Shown in pieces: positions 45,455 through 59,590 of a DNA stretch of 64,000 nt. The DNA lies in the NCBI RefSeq assembly GCF_009914755.1, contig NC_060929.1; one strand, written 5' to 3'. The notes under the pieces are model-generated. The model did not search any database, had not been told where the DNA came from, and worked only from the letters and a program-made list of their open reading frames with translations. The position numbers and the translations under genes were made by a program. Positions within the stretch are counted from its first letter, which is position 1. Every line of letters starts with the position of its first letter. Source of the stretch: the human T2T-CHM13v2.0 reference genome, Homo sapiens.

Positions 45455-45822
45455 TGTATTCGTCTGTTTTACACTGTTATAAGGAGCTACCTGAGACTGG
45501 GTAATTTATAAAGGAAAGAGGCTGAATTGACTCACAGTTCCACATGGCTGGGGAGGCCTTAGAAAACTTACAATCATGGCAGAAGGCAAAGGGGAAGCAA
45601 GGCACTTCTTACATGGCAGCAGGAGAGAGGGGGAGAATGAGGGGGGATCTGCCAAACACTTTTAAACCATCAGATCTCATGAGAACTCACTCACTATCAT
45701 AAGAACAGCAAGGAGGAAATCTGCCCCCATGATCCAATTACCTCCCACCAGGTCCCTCCCTTGACATGTGGGGATTACAATCTGTGATGAGATTTGGTGG
45801 GGACACAGAGCCAAACCATACA
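45455..45822 (-). mobile_element. MSTA-like MaLR solo LTR
   Basis: tgtattcgtctg...cctgagactgggtaatttataaaggaaagag...gccaaaccataca. Confidence 0.85.
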
Positions 45823-46099
45823 GCCTGCTTTGATCTTCCTTTTGGGAGGAACAATACAAAGAGGGGAACGGTATTCCAGGCAGAGAAACCAGTATGCTTG
45901 AACGTTCCAAAGAGAGAAAAATGTTGATATGTTCAAGAGCAGAATGAAGACTGGTGTGGCTGAAGCTCAGAGAGCAAAGGAGAGTGGTGGGGTCAGAGAG
46001 AGGCTGGAGTCAGATCATGCTGGGCCATGGTAGGATATTGAACATGTTAGGATGTTACCATCAGAAATTGCAGAAAAGTTTTAAGTTCTGGATTGATGC

Positions 46100-46670
46100 T
46101 GTTGGGAGGTGTGGCCCATCATGTTTTCCAAAACTAGCCACACCAAATATCCCATGCCATGTGCTCTTCTTTCAATGTGAACTAGATACTTCTTTGGGAT
46201 ACGGTGTCTTTTTCCCTCCCCTTCAATCTGGAAGGAGCATGATGACAAGTGACACTCATGACTTCCTAAGCTAGGTCATAAGAAGAGATGCAGCTTCTAC
46301 CCTGTCCTTTTAAGATGCTTATTCTTGGAACTCAATCATCATACTGGGAAGAAGCAGAGAGATTATGTGGAAAGGCCACATGAGAGGTTCCAGCCAACAG
46401 CCCTCACTGAGGCCCCACTGGACAGAGGGCATTAACCCCCAGATGTATAAATGAGCAAGTGTTGAGATAATTCTAGCCCCCATCTGTTGAGTCGCCCCAA
46501 GAATTCCAGTGTTCCCAGCTAAAGTACCAAGCACTGAAGCAGAGGCAAGCTTCCACTGGTTTCCCAACCCACAGAGTCCATGAGTATAATAAAATTATTG
46601 GTAGTGTTTTATGCCACTAGTTTGCAAAGGCCAGAGAATTAGGGGGCACAGAAACAGATAACCAGAACAA
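46100..46670 (+). mobile_element. MLT1 (F/G/H-like) LTR
   Basis: gacttcctaagctaggtcataag...ttttatgccactagttt...agataaccagaaca. Confidence 0.65.
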
Positions 46671-47849
46671 GAGGCTCACAGCTCCAAAATTTAGGTTTAC
46701 TGAAACCCATTCTTGTCTATTCACTTCCTTTAAAAAAAATTTTTTTTAGAATACCTACTGGTAATAGTTCCCTTTGTTATTTAACCTAACTCCACATAGG
46801 ACTCTTTCAAGACCTTACCAGTGCCCCACTCCGGCACCCAGCTCCTCAACCAATTCTGCTGCAATGGTCTCAGCTCACATGTTCAATTCTTTTACAGAAC
46901 CTATAAACTCAGAATGTTATCTGAGAAGGCATTTGAATAAGGCATTTTAAACAGAATTTGTAATTTTATCTTCCTTCTCTTCAGAGGTATAGGTCCTTTA
47001 AGGGAAGGGGCAAAACCCTGGCAAGCCAAAGTCACTGTTAGTATCTAGAGAAGATTAAAAAAGAAAGGAATATCACATGCAAATCTAGTTTTACTTGGTT
47101 GCAGAAAAACTTGGGAGAAATGAAAACCTGTTCACAAATTGTCACCTTTCTCACAAACTCCAGCATGATTCACAATTCAATCTGCATGCAAATTTGATCA
47201 GAACACTGCTTTCTTACTCATCATAACCTGTTTTCTTGGAAACAGATCCCTCCTGGGAGAGCAGGAAGTTTGACGTCAATTTTAAGGTTTCCCCAAGTAC
47301 TGGCAGGGAATTGCTCTGTGGGTGCCTCCTACGAGTCACAGATTTCCTTGCCCACCACCTTATCAATACTTCTTGCCCTCAGACCATAAGGAGGAGGTTA
47401 AGAGAAGGCAAGAGGAAGGCAACAAATTGTCTCCATGCTTTGATTCTTGGCCTCCAGGTTTGAAGATTCTTCATTTGCAAAGAGGAACAAGTAGAGAGTG
47501 TGAGCCCTGGTGACTATCTTTTCCCACTGGAAGGGAATGATTACCCTCAAAGGGGAAATCACCTTACTCTGCTTTCAACAGGGTCCTCTGCTGCTCTTTT
47601 AAGCACTGTTTGATTTAAATGTAATAGCAAGCCTTCCAGATTGAATACTTTTCATTTCTAAGAGCAGATCAATTCCAGTTTACTTCTGAAATTCTGCTTT
47701 CATGAAATAACTTATTTTGTGTCTTATGGGATTGTAGCAGGCCTTATTGAGCTGTTGTCGATTGGTGAGGGATATATGTGAAAGGGTTTTGGAAAGCCTA
47801 AAAACCACGTTAAGGGAAGAAGAACCTAGCTGACTCTGTACCACTACTA

Positions 47850-48140
47850 ACATTTTCGAGGACTCATCAGGGCCAGGCTACTATGCTACACTGTTCACAA
47901 AGGACTGTTGCTTGTTTAATTCTCCCAATTTTATAAGTTTATAATTTTATAACTAAAGTTTATAAGTTTATAATTAAACAGTTGCTTGTTTAATTCTCCC
48001 AATTTTAAAAGGGGAAACTTGTTCCCCTTTTAAAGATGAAGAAACTGAGGCTTGGAGACCTTCAGCAATCTTCAGAGAGTCATACAGCTGGGCAGTGGCA
48101 AAGCTGGGATCCAGTCCATGTTAAACAGCTCCAGAGCCAG
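47850..48140 (-). mobile_element. MIR carrying a local complex duplication
   Basis: agatgaagaaactgaggc core; see finding at 47907-48034. Confidence 0.6.
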
Positions 48141-49062
48141 CACTTAATAGAACCCACATTTGACTCTGATGTGAAGCCAAGCTTGAGAACTGATGGGTAA
48201 AGCCTTCCAGGCTTCATTCAGTTCTAATCAGGCAGCAGATCAGCCACACACAATACAGTTTTAAAGGATATCTTATCTTTGTTAATGAATGATAAGCACT
48301 GCCCACAATATTTGCAATTTCTCTTTTTGACTGTCTGGATATTGTTGTTTTAAAAAACCCTTGAAAAGTGCTTAGCAGCTAAAAATACTCGAGGGAGCTA
48401 TGTAATGTAGTTTCTAATTTGAATTTGCTTAGAATGGAATGCACAGTGATCATGCTATCAAAAGTAGGGGCTGCCCAGGACTAAAGCTGGAAGGACAAGG
48501 TCATGATTATTACTCTGCCTGGATTTGTTGGGCAGCTTTGGGCAAAGCTCCTTTCCACTCTGGACGCTGCTTTCCCCATTTGTGAAATGAGTGAATGGTA
48601 GTCGGATAACAGCTTTTAAGCTTTATACCTCATAGATGGTTTTAGGGCCACCTCTAGGAGGTAGACAGAGGAGGAATAAGCCAAATTCAGGTTTACCTGT
48701 TCCCACAGAAAACAGAACACATCCACAGTTATTTTATATACTTGGGCTCTAATTACATTGTCAATTAAAAAAATAGCCAAATGTTGCTTTTGCCTAGCCA
48801 CCATCCATTCACTCCTCTACATAGTCTTCTTTCTTCTTATAATGTTCCTCAATTTTTCTTTAAGAAACTACCTTCATTCCCACTTTCCATAGACCAGTGG
48901 GGATGTCAGTCAAGGGGCCCTAAATACTCTGGACCTAGCGGTGGTTCCATGACTCAAGTCAGAGCAAACAGATCCTCTGAGAACACAAGTTTAAAGTGTG
49001 GAAACCAAAAACAGAACAAAATTGGAGCAGATTCATCCCCCCAAAGGCACTTAAGAAGATTG

Positions 49063-49446
49063 GTGTGAAAGACTGAATTGTATCCCTGCCCAGCCCTAAT
49101 TCATATGTTGAAATCCTAACTCCTAATGTAACTATATTTGGTGATAGGGCCTTTAAGTGGGTAATTAATGCCCAACAAGGCCATAAATGGGGGCCCTAAT
49201 CCAATAGGACTAGTGTCCTTATAGGAAGAGAAAGGGACACTAGAAGTGAGCACACAGAGAAAAGGCCATGTGAGGATACAATGAGAAAGTGGCTGTCTAC
49301 AATGCAAGAAAAGAGGCCTCACCACAAATCAACCCTGCCAGCTCCATGATCTTAGACTTCTAGCCTCCAGACTCTGAGAAAATAAATTTCTGTTGTTTCA
49401 GCCTCCCAGTGTGTGATATTCTGTTATGTCAGCCCAAGATGACTCA
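49063..49446 (+). mobile_element. MLT1A/B-like MaLR LTR, apparently nested in an older MLT1 remnant (~48860-49610)
   Basis: attcatatgttgaaatcctaac...ggccatgtgaggataca...aataaatttctgttgttt. Confidence 0.78.
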
Positions 49447-52400
49447 AAAATTGCCTAGTTTTGCTCCCCATATGTCCAGGCCAGCCTTCTCTAAGGCCTG
49501 GTATGTTAATTTTCTTTGGGATCTGTGAGTTACCCCAGATCTTCTCAAAAAATTCCTCATTGGCATACATTATGAAGAGTGGGTTTCTGTTGCTTAAAAC
49601 CAAATAACCCAGCACAGTGCTTTTCCGGAGAAAAAAAAACAAAAACAAAAAACTGCAAAGTGGACAGATGCTAAAATCTCCTCCATCCTTTAAATCCAAG
49701 GATTTAAAGATGTTTGTCTACCATAGCAAACCTTCATATTTAGGCTGAAAGGAAAGAAAAAAATTCAAGCAATTTGTCATTTATTCTCAAGTTTTTAAAT
49801 ACTAAGTAGCTGAAAATCTGGGGAAGTTTGACTGAATTTTTCAGTCTTTATAGTTACTATAACAATGTGATTGTAAGGGGCCCTCCTGCCACTCTGGGTT
49901 GAATTCTGTGTCCCTGAAGCTCTAATATGTAGAGTGTATAGAGCAGGAGAATCTCAGACTAAGTCATGCCAGTATTCTCGAGATTCCACTCCATTCACCT
50001 TCTCTCTCAGCTGTGCTTCCAGGGTCCTCTATATGTTTCCAAATGCAACAAAATAAATGAATAAATCACACCGCCTACTGGCTGGGGGTCAACCTGCATG
50101 GCCCATTATAACTTCTGCTGACACCAACGTATAGTGCTTAAACAGCTCTTACCCACAAGCACCACATACTGGACTGTAGGGTGAACTGCACAACCCAACA
50201 TAATTTCTGCAGACAGAAGTATACAGCACTAGTGCTTGGGAATAAGGTAAGGCTTCCAAGATCACCTCCAATCTCTGCAGGAGACAGTAAGCCTGCTCAT
50301 ACAAACAGTACACCACTATAATCCAGAAACAACTAGCATTTGAGAAAACCACTACACTAAGGCTGTCTATACCAAGGAGTTCATACAGGGCCTTGGCTCC
50401 TAAAAGCATATAGAAGTAAATCCAAAGGACCCTAACCAATATACACAACAGTCACACCCTCAAGGAGGAAAAAAATGCCATTCCAATGAAATTAAATTCA
50501 AAAATAAGAAGTGGCAGCTTCTCCAGATGAGAAATAATCAGCACAAGGACCCTGACACTATAAAAAACAGTGTCGCAATACTCCTCAAACGATCACACTA
50601 GCCCTCTAGCAATGGATCCTAATCAAATAGAAAACTCTGAAATTACAGATAAAGAATTCAAAATATAAATTGTAAATAAGCTCAGTGAGATCCAAGAGAA
50701 AGCTGAAAACCAACACAAAGAAATCAGAAAAACATTTCAGTATAGGAAAGACATAGACATCTAAAACAAACAAAAACAAAGAAACAGAACTTCTGAAAAT
50801 GAAAATTTCACTGAAGGAGTTACAACATACAGTTGAAAGCTTTAAAGATAGAGTAGAACAGACAGAAAAAAATAATTTCAGAGGCTGAAGATAGGTCTTT
50901 TAAATTAACCCAGTCAGACAAAAGTAAAGAAAAAAAACAATAAAAAAAAAAGAAACAAGCCTCTGAGGAAAAAATGGAATTGTGTAAAGTTACCAAATCT
51001 ATGAGATGCAGACATTCCTGAAGGAGAAGAAGACAAAGTAAAGAGCCTGGAAAACCTATCTGAGAAAATAATTCAGGAAAATTTCACTGGTCTTGCTAGA
51101 AATGTGGACATCCAGCTACAAGATCAGAGACCACCTGAGGAATCATTTGCTAGATAAACACCACCAAGGCATACAGTCTTCAGACTATCCAAAGTCAATA
51201 CCAAGGAAAAAATCCTAAAAGCAGCAAAAGATAAGCATCTCATTACCTATAAAGGAAATTCCATCAGACTAACAATGGCCTTCTCAGCAGAAACCTTATA
51301 AGCCAGGAGAGATTTGGGGTCTATTTTTAGCATTCTTAAAAAAAAGTGCCAGCCAAGAATCTTATATCCTGCCAAACTAAGCTTTATATATGAAGAAGAA
51401 ATAAAACCCTTCTCATACAAGCATGTACTACAGGAATTTCTCACCACTAGACCAGTTCTACAAGAAATGCACAAAAGAATTCTAAAATGAAAGCAAAAGA
51501 AAAATACTCATGATCCTAAAAGCACATGGAAGTACAAAGCTCATAAATCCTATAAAGCAATTACACAACTGAAACTACAAAGAAACTAGGTAACAACATT
51601 ATGACAGGAACAAAAACATCACATATCAGTATAACTTTGAATGTAAATGGCCTAAATGCCCCATTTAAAGTATATAGACTGGCAAATTAAATTTAAAAAC
51701 AAGACCCAACCATTTTCTGAGTACAAGAAATCCACCTAACCAGTAAAGATATTCACAGACTCAAAGTAAAAGGGTAGAAATAGATATGCCACACAAACAG
51801 AAAACACAAACAAGCAGGAGTAACTATATGTATATCAAATAAAACAGATTTTAAATCCATAGCAATATAAAAAAACACGAAAAGGTCATTGTATAATAAT
51901 AAAGGGTTCAACTGAACAAAAAGACATAACTATTCTAAATATGTATGCACCCATCTCTGGAGCACACAGATTCATTTTAAAAAATATTACTAAACCTAAG
52001 AAAAGAGATCAACAGCAACACAATAATAGTGAGGGTCTTCAACACCCCACTGACAGAATTAGACAGATCACTGAGAAAGAAAATCGACAAAGAAACTCTG
52101 AACTTAAACTGGACTCCAGACCAAATGGACCTAGTAGACATTTACAGAATATTCTACCCACCAACTACAGAATATACATTTGTCTCATCTGAGTATGGAA
52201 CCTTCTCCAAAATAGACCATTTGCTTGGCCACAAAGCAAATCTCAATAAATTTTAAAAAATCAAAATTATATCAGGTATCTTCTTGAACCACAGTGAAAT
52301 AAAATTAGAAATCCATACCAAATGGAATTCTCAAAACCATACAAATACATGGAAATTAAACAACTTGCTCCTGAATGATCTTTTGGTAAACAATGAAATT

Positions 52401-55051
52401 AAGGTAGAAATAAAAATATTTTCTGAAGTAAATTAATATAGAGATACAATATACCAAAACCTCTGTAATACAACAAAAAGAGTGCTAAGAAGGAAGTTTA
52501 TAGTGTTAAATGCCTACATCAAAAAGGTAGGTCACAAATTAACATCCTATTGTCACACTTCAAAAAACTAGAAAATCAAGAATAAACCAAACCCAAAGGT
52601 AGCAGAAGAAAAGAAATAACAAAGACCAGAAAAGCAACAAATGATATTGAGACCCAAACAATAATACAAAGGATTAACGAAACAAAAAAATGCTTACTTC
52701 AAAAGATAAAATAAAATTTATACACACTACATAGATTAATCAAGGAATAAAGAGGAGACTCGAATAAGTACAATCAGAAATGATAAAGGTAAAATTACAA
52801 CTGATACCACAGAAATGCAAAATATCATCAGAGTCTACTTTGGGTATCTCTACACACACAAACTAGAAAACCTACAGGAAATGGATGAATTCCTGGAAAT
52901 GCACAATTTCCCAAGATTAAATCACGAAGAAGTAGAAATCTTGAACAAACCAATAATGAGTAGTGAAATTGAATAAGTAATATAAACCCCCTTTAAAAAA
53001 GCCCAGGACCAGATAGATTCACAGTGAAATTTTACTAGCATACAAAAAAGAGCTGGTACCAAAATTATTCCCAAAAAATTGAGGAGGAGAGATTCCTCCT
53101 TAACTCATTCTGTGAAACCAGTATCTCCCTGATACCAGAATCAGGTGAGGATACAGGCCAATATCCATGATGAATATAGATGCAAAAATCTTCAACAAAA
53201 TACTAGCAAATTGAATCCAACAGCACATAAAAATGTGACCCATGATCAAATGGGTTTTATTCCAGGGATGCAAGGATGATTCAACACACATAAATCAATA
53301 AATAAATGTGATTCACCACAAAACAAAATTAAAAACAAAAGCTGTACAATTGTCACAATAGAAATGCAGAAAAAGCGTTCAATAAAATCCAACGTCCCTT
53401 CATGATAAAACTCCTCAGCAAACTAGACACTGAAGGAACTTACCTCAAAATAATAAAAGCCATATACAACAAACCCATAGCCAACATTATACTCAATGAA
53501 GAAACACTGAATGCATTTCCTTTAAGAACCAGAACAAGATAAAGATTCCCACTCTCATCACTCCTATTCAACATAATACTGGAAGTCCTAGCCAGAGCAA
53601 TCAGGCAAGAAAAAGAAATAAAAGGCAATCAAATTGGAAAAAGAGGAAGTCAAATTACCTCTGTTCACTAACGACATAATCCTATACTTAGAAAACCCTA
53701 AAGACTCCTCCAAGACTCTGAGATTTGATAAATGACTTCAGTAAGGTTTTAGAATAAAAAGTCAACAGACAAAAATCAGTAGCATTTCTATGCACCAATA
53801 ATGTTTAATCTGAGAACCAAATCAAGAACCACTTACAAAAGCCACACAAAAAATAAATTACCTAGGAAGACATTTAACCAAAGAGGTACAAGATCTCTAC
53901 AAGAAGAACTACAAAACACTAATTAAATAAATCAGAGATGACACAAACAAATGGAAAAACATCACGCTTATGGAATTAAAAGAATCAAACTCATTAAAAT
54001 GACCATATTGCCTAAAGCCATATACAGATTCAATGCAATTCCTATCAAATTACTAATGTTATTTTTCACAGAATTAAAAAAAAACTTAAAATGTATATAG
54101 AACCAAGAAAACATACTGAATAGCTAAAGCATTTCTGAACAAAACAAACAAAGCTAGAGGAATTATATTGCCTGACTTCAAATTATACTACAAGGCTATA
54201 GCAAGAAAAGAATATGGTACTTGTACAAAAAATAGACACATACAGCAATAGAACAGGATAGAGATCCCAGAAATAAAGCCATAGGCCTACCAGCAACTAT
54301 CTTCAACAAAGTTGACAGAAACACGAAATTGGGAAAGGACCCTCTATTCAATAAATGGCTCTGGAAAAATTGGATAGCCATATGCTACAGAATGAAACTG
54401 GACCCCTATCTCTCATCACATACAAAAATTAACTCAACATGGATTAAAGCCTTAAATATAAGACCCGAAACAATAAATATCCTAGAAGACAACCTAGGGA
54501 AACTCTTCTGGATGTTAGCCTAGGCAAGGAATTTATGACAAAGGGCTCAAAAGCTAATGCAACAAAAAAATAGACAAATGGTACTTAATTAAACTAAAAA
54601 GCTTTTGCACAGCAAAATAAATAATCAACAAAGTAAAAAGACAACCTACAGAATGGGAGAAAATATTTGCAAACTATGCATCCAACAAAGGACTAATATC
54701 CTGAATCTGCAAGGAACTCAACTCAAGAAGAAAATAAACAGTAACTCCATTAAAAAGTGGGCAAGGACATGAACAGAAATTTTTCAAAAGAAGACATACA
54801 AATGACCAAGAAACATAAATTTCTCAACATCATTAATCAGAGAAATGCAAGGTAAAAATCACAGTGAGATACCATCTTACACCAGTCAAAATGGCTATTA
54901 TTAAAAAGTAAAAAAAAAAAAAAACAGATGTTGGTAAGGATGTGAAGAAAAGAGAATGCTTATAAACTCTTGGTAGGAATGTAAATTAGTACAACCTTTA
55001 TGCAAAATAGAATGGAGATTTCTCAATGAACTAAAAATAAAACTACCATTT

Positions 55052-55337
55052 TGCTGGGTACAGTGGCTCATGCCTGTAATCCCAACACTTTGGGAGGCCA
55101 AGGCGGTAGAATTGTTTAAGCTAAAGAGTTCAAGACCAGCCCGGGCAACATAGTGAGACCTCATCCCTATTAAAATTGTTTTAAAAATAACCAGGCATGG
55201 TGGCACATGCTTGTAGTCCTAGTTTCTCAGGGGGATGAAGTGGAAGGATCACTTCAGCTCAAGAGGTTGAGGCTGCAGTGAGCCCTGACCATGCTACTGC
55301 ACTCCAGCCTGGGCGACAGAGCAAGACACTGTCTCAA

Positions 55338-55376
<39 letters not shown>

Positions 55377-55378
55377 AT
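55052..55378 (+). mobile_element. AluJ with (AAAT)n tail, inside the old L1
   Basis: Dimer; TSD aaactaccatt at 55040-55050 and 55380-55390. Confidence 0.9.
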
Positions 55379-55524
55379 CAAACTACCATTCAACCCAGCA
55401 GTCCCACTATTGGGTATCTACCCAAGGGAAAAGAAATAATCATATCAAAAAGATACTAGAACTTGTATGTTCATCACAGCACTATTCACAATAGCAGTCA
55501 TGGCCTAAAGCTAAGTGTCCATCA

Positions 55525-55958
<434 letters not shown>

Positions 55959-55988
55959 TCAGAAACAGAAAATAAAATACCAAATGTT

Positions 55989-56369
55989 ATTTATCAGATC
56001 TAGGAGCCTTGGAGCAGAGACTATGGTGTTTACTAGGTATAGAATCATGTCATATGCAAACGGAGATAGTTTGACTTCCCTTCTTCCTATTTGGATCCCT
56101 TTTATGTCTTTCTTTTGCCTGACTGTTTTGGTTAGGACTTCCAGTACTATGTGGAACAGGAGTGGTGACAGTGGGCATGTTTGTCTTCTTGCCCATTCAG
56201 TATAATGTTGACTGTGGGTTTGTCATAGATGGTTCTTATTATTTTCAGGTATGTTCCTTCAATTCCTAGTTTGTTGAGGGTTTTTAACACAAAGGATGTT
56301 GAATTTTATTGAAAGCCTTTTCTGCATCTATTGAGATGATTCTGTGGTTTTTCTTTTCAGTTCTGTTTA
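55989..56369 (-). mobile_element. Inverted L1 ORF2 (RT region) fragment
   Basis: Its reverse complement is homologous to the RT segment at ~53320-53733 but divergent from it; internal ~30-bp deletion near 56185. Confidence 0.8.
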
Positions 56370-59129
56370 CGCACACACAGATTTTGAAAACATAGCCAGG
56401 CCTTTTTGCATCTTTAACTTAGGGCCAAAAGGAGATGCCCTGAAGATGAAACCTTGTTTTCTCACACTCTGAGCTCCTGGAGTCATTTGTGCTGGGAAGG
56501 GTGATACTAAAAGGAGAGTTCTCAATATGGGCAAGAGAGGATTGGTTTGTGGGTTCCACAGACAGTAATAGGAACGTGAGCTCTAATTCCCAGAGCCACC
56601 CCTAAGGAAGAGCCAGGACCTTGGAGGGATGTCTTGGAGGGAAAGTTTAGTCTCGATAAAGATTCTCCCTTTAGGCTGAACATGTTAGGTACCTTGCTGC
56701 CCAACTAAGGAACCAGGCAAGTGTGGACAGAATGAGTATCAGTGGCCACTATGGAAGACTGAGGTAAGAGAATTTGTTATGTAGAGAAGGGAAAAGCTCC
56801 CCCAAAATGATGATTTGTTCTAGAGAAGGAAAAAGCTCCCCAAAAACAATGAGAATTAAATTTGCTGTCCTCCTGTCAGGATGACGACTTGGAGCCAGAT
56901 TTCATTTCATTCACAGAAATAAACTGACATCTCTTTTACACTCAGGTGTGTGGAATGAGATTCATATGGACTAGCTACATGAGACAGATAATTCATATTT
57001 CTCATATTTTGCAAGTTTCAAGTGAAATTATTTGAGGCTAAAAACATACTACTTCCATATAAGTGGAAAACGTTAGTGAGCTGGGAAAGTGTAGATTGAT
57101 ATCATATTTGCTGGTTATCTCCCAAGGTGGAGCCTTGGCCATTGTTTCCTGTGGAAAATGTTGGGAAAAGAACAGGCTTTGCCTTCAGGATGCATTTTGG
57201 ATCCTCCCTGCAGTACTGCCTTGTGCAAAGATCCTTTAGGGCCATTTTACTATCCTCATCACCATCATTGTTGTCATTGTCTCTGTTATCAACATGGTCA
57301 TCATCATCATTGTTGTTATCATCATAACAGTTAGTGATTTATTGCAGACACTGTTCTAAGCACTTAAATGTATTATCCTATTTATTCCACACAACAACCC
57401 TCTGAACAAGCTCCTTTTATTATCCCCATTCTACAGATGGAAAACCAAATGCACTGAGATTAAGTAATTTGCAAAGTTAAGTGGCAAAGCAGCTTTCACT
57501 GATGTGGTAGGATCACTGGACCTCATAAAAATGCCATCATCACATATTTAAATATATTCTTACGAAAAATATGTTTAACTCCGAACAAAATGTAACACAC
57601 CAATTTACATGTAATAAGACCTTAAAACTAATGTGAAAAACAAACAATTAAGTTCTAAATGGTAGGATTATAGCACATATGCCACTAACCAGTGATTACC
57701 TAATCCATAGGGTCAACATAGGCCATGGCCAAGTTTTTTATAAGTCCCTATTTTTGTATGTCATCTTATGGAATTAAACCTTTCCATGGTACTTTTCTGC
57801 CTTCTTTTTTAATAGTATTTTTAAAAAAATTTATTATAATAGACCATATCAAATGTGGAGTGTTACTTGGAAGTTGATAAGAAATATACTTTATTATTTT
57901 TTCTGATTATATAAGTAAGATTAGATCATTGTTTAAAATTAAAACATAATAGGCCTACATTTCCCAAAAATTTAATGTGTCTGACATCTCTCACACTGGA
58001 AAGACAAATATAACTAACAATTTAGTGCACCTACTCCTCAATATACTTTTTTCTCCATACATATACTCCTGCTAACAAATTTATAATAGCAATACATGTA
58101 CCTGAATATACGTAAACATTTCCTTGCAAGGTGAAATTATGCAATATATAACATTTATCACTTTTCTTCAATTAACAATATAGTTAGGATTCTTTCCATG
58201 GCAGTACATATAAACCTGTCTGATTACTTTTTAATAAAAATAGTATATCCTTATGGTTAAACAAATTTCATATATAAAGATATATGATTAAAAGTAAAAA
58301 TGTCTCATACTGTTGCAGAAGTATATTCCCAGAACTAACTACTGTATCCCTTTGAATATTTGAAGCATATGAGAGCATATCTTATTTCTACTTTTTATTA
58401 GTCTTAACCAAGATTAGTTATTGTGCTCTCAATTTCTTCTCTTTCCTCTCCCCATGTGGTTATCTCAACTATCAACCACAGATCATCTAGTTTGATTTCT
58501 AAGGCATCCCCTGTGTAAAAGAGTGGCTAGAAATAGAGAGTCTGGCAAAAGATTTCTATTTCTTAAAGAGCCAGACTTTTTGTCTTTTAAATCTTTTTTA
58601 AAGCTACAAATAACAGACAGTGCTTAAAAGAATATACAGGCTACTAAGCAAAACACAAATATTTTTTAGTGTGATACAGTTTTAAAAATAGGCCATAAAC
58701 AACTTTCTTCAACAAACCCCACCTACTTATTCTCAATGATGATCCCAATTCCAATTTTCATGCTCACAAACCAGCAAGGGAACAGACTTTCTAAGCCTGT
58801 TTATTTAACACATCTCTCATTTATCACATGGCATCTCTGCTAGTCCCAGTTATCCAAGCCAAAAGTAATTCAGAAACCTAAATAGCTGCTAATGACCAAT
58901 GGAATTATGAGACAAATATTTTAAACACAACTTTGATTACATATCTAGTCTTCTCTGTATTCTCTACAACCACTCCTTGTCTGTTGAGGAATCTTGATCA
59001 TGTCAAGAGCTTAGCTCAAAACCACACTGCAATAAGCCCCATTTAACACTACAGTTATTTGTTTGGTCATGCAGTATTTCCCCTAAAAGGAACTCACTCA
59101 AATGCCACAGAGGAGTATGCACTTCTGTA

Positions 59130-59590
59130 GGTAACGGGGAGTTAGAAACTTTCAAGCAAGGAAATGGCACACATTGGTCTGCCCTTTGGAAAGATGTTTT
59201 TAGCTGGTTTAGGAAGAGGTAATAAAGTGACTGAAAGCTAGAGGTGATGCCCAAACCCATGGTTCAAGCAATACATAATAGAAGTTCAAACCAGGGAAGT
59301 CCCAGTGGGACGAAGAGGGCTGGGTAGATCCAGGGAGATAAAATCAATAGGATTTACTGACATTACGGTAGGTAAGAGAAAGAGAAGGGTCAAAAACAAC
59401 CTCCATGTTTGTGGCTTTTTGTAATAGCAGAGAGATAATATAAATACAGACACCTGGGAATGAAGTTCTAATGCAGGGGGAGGAGTACTCTTGAGGGTGA
59501 GAATGGGCAATAAGGAGTTCCATTCAGCAAAGTTGAGGCTGGCATGTTTACTTGGTATCCACCATTTCAAGTATAAAGGGAACAAAAAGA
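59130..59590 (-). mobile_element. L2 fragment
   Basis: caataggatttactga...gtcaaaaacaacctcca...ggagttccatt. Confidence 0.5.
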
